A stretch of DNA of 36,324 bases from Candidatus Saccharimonadota bacterium (GTDB lineage: Bacteria; Patescibacteriota; Doudnabacteria; UBA920; O2-02-FULL-48-8): assembly GCA_050259015.1 (NCBI GenBank), contig JBLMZV010000029.1, positions 1 to 36,324 of the forward strand. The letters are read 5' to 3'. Under the pieces are notes generated by a model. The model made no database searches, had not been told where the DNA came from, and worked only from the letters and a program-made list of their open reading frames with translations. Made by a program: the position numbers and the translations under genes. This document shows positions 33,412-36,324 of this stretch, one piece after another (positions within the stretch are counted from its first letter, which is position 1; the number at the start of each line of letters is the position of its first letter).

Positions 33412-34176
33412 ATGCCGATTATCGTCGTGCTGGTTCTGGTCTTCCTGTTCATCGTTTTGCCCGGACTTAAAGTCGTCAGGCAGTATGAGAGCGGGGTAGT
33501 GTTCCGGTTCGGCAAGATCATGGGCATCAAGAATCCCGGGCTCAACTGGATCATCCCTTATTTCGAATGGATGAAACACGTCGACCTACGCACGATCACC
33601 CTGCCGATCCAGCCGCAGAAAATCATCACCAAAGACAACGTCTCGGTCGACGTCTCCGCCGTGGCCTACTATAAGGTCGTGGACCCGATAAAGAGCATCG
33701 TCGCCATCGAAAACGTGATGAACGCCATCAACCAGATCGCCCAGACCACGGTCCGCAATATCGTAGGCCGGTTCCAACTCGATGAGATCCTTTCCGAACG
33801 CGACACCATCAACGCCGAAATCCGCAAAGTCCTGGACACCCACACCGAACCGTGGGGCGTGATGGTCTCGGTCGTCGAAATCAAGGACATAGAGCTGCCT
33901 GAGAACATGCAGCGCGCCATGGCCAAGCAGGCGGAAGCCGAACGCGAAAAGCGGGCCAAGATCATCGCCGCGGAAGGCGAATTCCTGTCCGCCCAGAAAC
34001 TGTCGGAAGCCGCGGACGTCATTGCCGCCCACCCGATCGCCCTGCAGCTCAGGAACCTCCAGACCATGTCCGAAATCTCGATCGAGAAGAATTCGACCAT
34101 CATTTTCCCGGCCCAGTTTATGAGCACGGTCAATGACATCAAGAAATTCATCTCCACCGAGACCTCGACCAAATAA
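33412..34176 (+). CDS. SPFH/slipin (stomatin-like) protein
   Basis: VVFRFGK, ITKDNVSV, AQTTVR, RAMAKQAEAEREKRAKII.AEGE. Confidence 0.93.
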   Translation: MPIIVVLVLVFLFIVLPGLKVVRQYESGVVFRFGKIMGIKNPGLNWIIPYFEWMKHVDLRTITLPIQPQKIITKDNVSVDVSAVAYYKVVDPIKSIVAIENVMNAINQIAQTTVRNIVGRFQLDEILSERDTINAEIRKVLDTHTEPWGVMVSVVEIKDIELPENMQRAMAKQAEAEREKRAKIIAAEGEFLSAQKLSEAADVIAAHPIALQLRNLQTMSEISIEKNSTIIFPAQFMSTVNDIKKFISTETSTK

Positions 34177-34255
34177 CCTGTCAGCCTTCCGACCCGGTTC
34201 GCTTCTGACCTGGCCGGAAGATATAACCTCAAGCAATTAACTCCCACCACCAAAT

Positions 34256-34678
34256 ATGGCTAAGAAAATCAAGACCATAGTCAAGCTGCAGCTTCCGGCG
34301 GGCAAGGCCACCCCGGCGCCGCCAGTAGGCACAGCCCTCGGTCCCCACGGCATCAACATCGCCCAGTTCACCAAGGATTTCAACGAAAAGACGGCCCCGA
34401 TGGGCGACACCATCATCCCGGCTGAGATCACGATTTATGAAGACCGCTCGTTTTCATTTATTCTGAAGACCCCGCCGGCGTCCGTCCTGCTTCGCAAGGC
34501 AATAGGCGCGGATAAAGGCTCCGGCAACCCGCTCCTGAACAAGATCGGCAAGATCAGCAAAGCGCAGCTCCGGGCGATCGCCGAACAGAAGATGCCCGAC
34601 CTGAACGCCAACGACGTGGAAGCGGCCGAAAAGATCGTGGCCGGCACCGCCCGTTCCATGGGCATCGAGATCGAGTAA
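34256..34678 (+). CDS. rplK: 50S ribosomal protein L11
   Basis: [28 protein letters not shown]. Confidence 0.99.
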   Translation: MAKKIKTIVKLQLPAGKATPAPPVGTALGPHGINIAQFTKDFNEKTAPMGDTIIPAEITIYEDRSFSFILKTPPASVLLRKAIGADKGSGNPLLNKIGKISKAQLRAIAEQKMPDLNANDVEAAEKIVAGTARSMGIEIE

Positions 34679-34706
34679 GCTTAAACAAACTCTTACCAAA
34701 AATCAT

Positions 34707-35048
34707 ATGTCGCTCAACCTGACGGTTCGGAAAGTGTTCCTTTATCTGTTCGCGATCATCGGACTCGTCCTCGTCATAATCGGCGGCGTCAGCCTCGTGG
34801 ATCTGGGTCTCCGGACCTACGTCTTCACGAAAGCCGACTCGTCATACTGCGCCTACTCCATAGCGCCGGTGGAAAAGACGGGAACGGAACCCACAGCGGA
34901 ACAGCAGGCAGCCGAAAAGGCGCGCTGCGAAGAACAGCGTGTCGCAGACAAGCAGCGCCAGGCCTCCACGGCCATCGCGCAGATCATCATCGGACTTCCG
35001 CTTTATCTCTACCACTGGAACCGCATCAGGAAAGAGAATCAGGTTTAA
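34707..35048 (+). CDS. Hypothetical 2-TM membrane protein (DUF5671-like)
   Basis: RKVFLYLFAIIGL.. and IIGLPLYLYHW motifs; Cys pair in the loop. Confidence 0.7.
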   Translation: MSLNLTVRKVFLYLFAIIGLVLVIIGGVSLVDLGLRTYVFTKADSSYCAYSIAPVEKTGTEPTAEQQAAEKARCEEQRVADKQRQASTAIAQIIIGLPLYLYHWNRIRKENQV

Positions 35049-35064
35049 TCCAAGTCAATTAATC

Positions 35065-35102
35065 GTGGGAGTCCCGCTTAAACAGCGGAACGACGGAACC
35101 AC
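35065..35102 (+). promoter_or_regulatory. Probable L1-binding autoregulatory leader
   Basis: GTGG-GAG-TC..hairpin..GAC-GGAA-CCAC immediately before SD TAAGGAG of rplA; matches the pattern of known L1 mRNA sites. Confidence 0.7.
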
Positions 35103-35115
35103 TAAGGAGACTATC

Positions 35116-35790
35116 ATGGGCAAGAGAATCGACAACGCCAAGAAAGAAATCGACGCGACCAAGATCTACGAGACCGCGGAAGCGATCGCTTTGGCCAAGA
35201 AGACGGCAACCACCAAGTTTAAGGGCAACATCGAAGTCCACGTCCGCTTGGGCATCGATCCCAAGAAGACCGACCAGGCCGTCCGCGGCACGGTAAGCCT
35301 GCCTCATGGCACGGGCAAAACCAAGCGCATTGCCGCGTTCGTCTCTTCCGGCAAGGAAAAGGAAGCGCAGGACGCCGGCGCGACCGTAGTCGGCGGCGAA
35401 GACCTGATCAAGAAGATCAAAGAAACGGAAAAGATGGATTTCGACATCGCCATCGCCGAACCCTCGATGATGCCCAAGCTGGCGGTGATCGCCAAGCTTC
35501 TCGGACCGAGAGGACTTATGCCGAACCCGAAATCCGGCACTGTCACTCCGGATATCTCGAAGGCCGTCAAGGAATTCGCCGGCGGCAAGATGGAATTTAA
35601 GAACGACGATTCCGGCAACGTCCATATGATCATCGGCAAAGCGGATTTTTCGGACGATCAGATCATGGCCAACTTCAAGGCCTTCATGGATGCCTTGAGC
35701 AACTCCCGCCCGGCGGCAGTGAAAAAGGAATTCCTGGAATCAGTGACGGTGCACGCCACCATGGGCCCGGGCATCAAGGTAAAGATTTAA
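35116..35790 (+). CDS. rplA: 50S ribosomal protein L1
   Basis: SD AAGGAG then ATG 35116; VRGTVSLPHGTGK, LGPRGLMPNPKSGTV, TMGPGI. Confidence 0.98.
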   Translation: MGKRIDNAKKEIDATKIYETAEAIALAKKTATTKFKGNIEVHVRLGIDPKKTDQAVRGTVSLPHGTGKTKRIAAFVSSGKEKEAQDAGATVVGGEDLIKKIKETEKMDFDIAIAEPSMMPKLAVIAKLLGPRGLMPNPKSGTVTPDISKAVKEFAGGKMEFKNDDSGNVHMIIGKADFSDDQIMANFKAFMDALSNSRPAAVKKEFLESVTVHATMGPGIKVKI

Positions 35791-35803
35791 ACATAGCGCT
35801 CTT

Positions 35804-35832
35804 AAAAACCCCGCCTTTCAGGCGGGGTTTTT
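35804..35832. terminator. Intrinsic terminator after rplA
   Basis: AAAAACCCCGCCT-TTC-AGGCGGGGTTTTT. Confidence 0.9.
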
Positions 35833-35923
35833 GTTTTTCCTTGCCACTTGACTTGGGGGAGCAATCATTAGAGAATAAGGCACAGGACAAACGCACGTCA
35901 ACAAGCCCAAGGAGGGGCCCTCC

Positions 35924-36324
35924 ATGCGACACAAACTGTTCGTCGTAGGGCTGTCCGTCGCTATCCTACTGTCCGCATCCATGACCTTCGCCCAGGCGCA
36001 AGCCAGAAAGACGGCAAGAAAGCCGTCACCGGCGCCCGCGGCAAAAATCGATCCGGGAATGAACAACGATCACGTCATCAAGATGGTCAAGGCCGGACTC
36101 TCGGAGGAAGTCATCCTCACGGCGATCCAGGCCGCGGAGACGAAGTCTTTCGACACCACCGCCGACGGGCTGATTGCCCTGAAGGTCGGAGGAGTCCCGG
36201 ACAGGATTATCCTCGTTATGCAGGGGAAGATAAGCGCGGTCGCGGCAGTCGCCGAACCCGTTGCCCCGAAGCCGCCGTCGCCCGACGACCCTGCGTCTCC
36301 CCATGACCAGGGGATTTACGCCAA
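35924..36324 (+). CDS. Hypothetical exported protein, 3'-truncated by the window edge
   Basis: SD AAGGAGG; MRHKLFVVGLSVAILLSASMTFAQA signal peptide; helical module MNNDHVIKMVKAGLSEEVILTAI..FDTTADGLIALKVGGVPDRIILVM; no stop before the window end, so absent from the ORF track. Confidence 0.8.
   Translation, partial: MRHKLFVVGLSVAILLSASMTFAQAQARKTARKPSPAPAAKIDPGMNNDHVIKMVKAGLSEEVILTAIQAAETKSFDTTADGLIALKVGGVPDRIILVMQGKISAVAAVAEPVAPKPPSPDDPASPHDQGIYA

Noticed and set aside
34939-35115. 59-aa N-terminal extension of L1 in the ORF track
   Set aside because: Overlaps the upstream gene and the L1 leader; SD and ATG at 35116 give the canonical length.

Overview
Chromosomal segment, almost entirely + strand, made up mostly of housekeeping genes. 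It is probably from a Patescibacteria (CPR) bacterium; this is inferred from the largely SD-less starts, the short ATP synthase delta subunit, core operons broken by extra genes and CPR-style surface proteins. It carries a complete F1Fo ATP synthase operon, pheS/pheT (split by two genes), gyrB, secE-nusG-(SPFH)-rplK-(membrane protein)-rplA, a CCA-adding enzyme, oligoendopeptidase F, RmuC, a NYN protein, an SDR, a UvrD/PD-(D/E)XK helicase-nuclease, a SET-domain protein, six CCA-encoding tRNAs and a probable 6S RNA. No integrase, transposase or CRISPR array was seen. The most unusual observations are: (1) an intact tRNA-Thr(CGT) nested inside an inverted-repeat clamp, itself inserted in the D-loop of a second, degenerate tRNA-like sequence (4192-4361); (2) an unannotated 22-aa Lys/Ala microprotein gene (MAKKKAAKKTAKKKGGAKKKKQ) with its own promoter, structured leader and terminator, possibly a histone-H1-like nucleoid peptide and possibly a substrate of the SET protein; (3) two tandem, divergent beta-carbonic-anhydrase-like genes directly after the ATP synthase operon; (4) several apparently leaderless genes. 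All calls were made by eye, without database searches.
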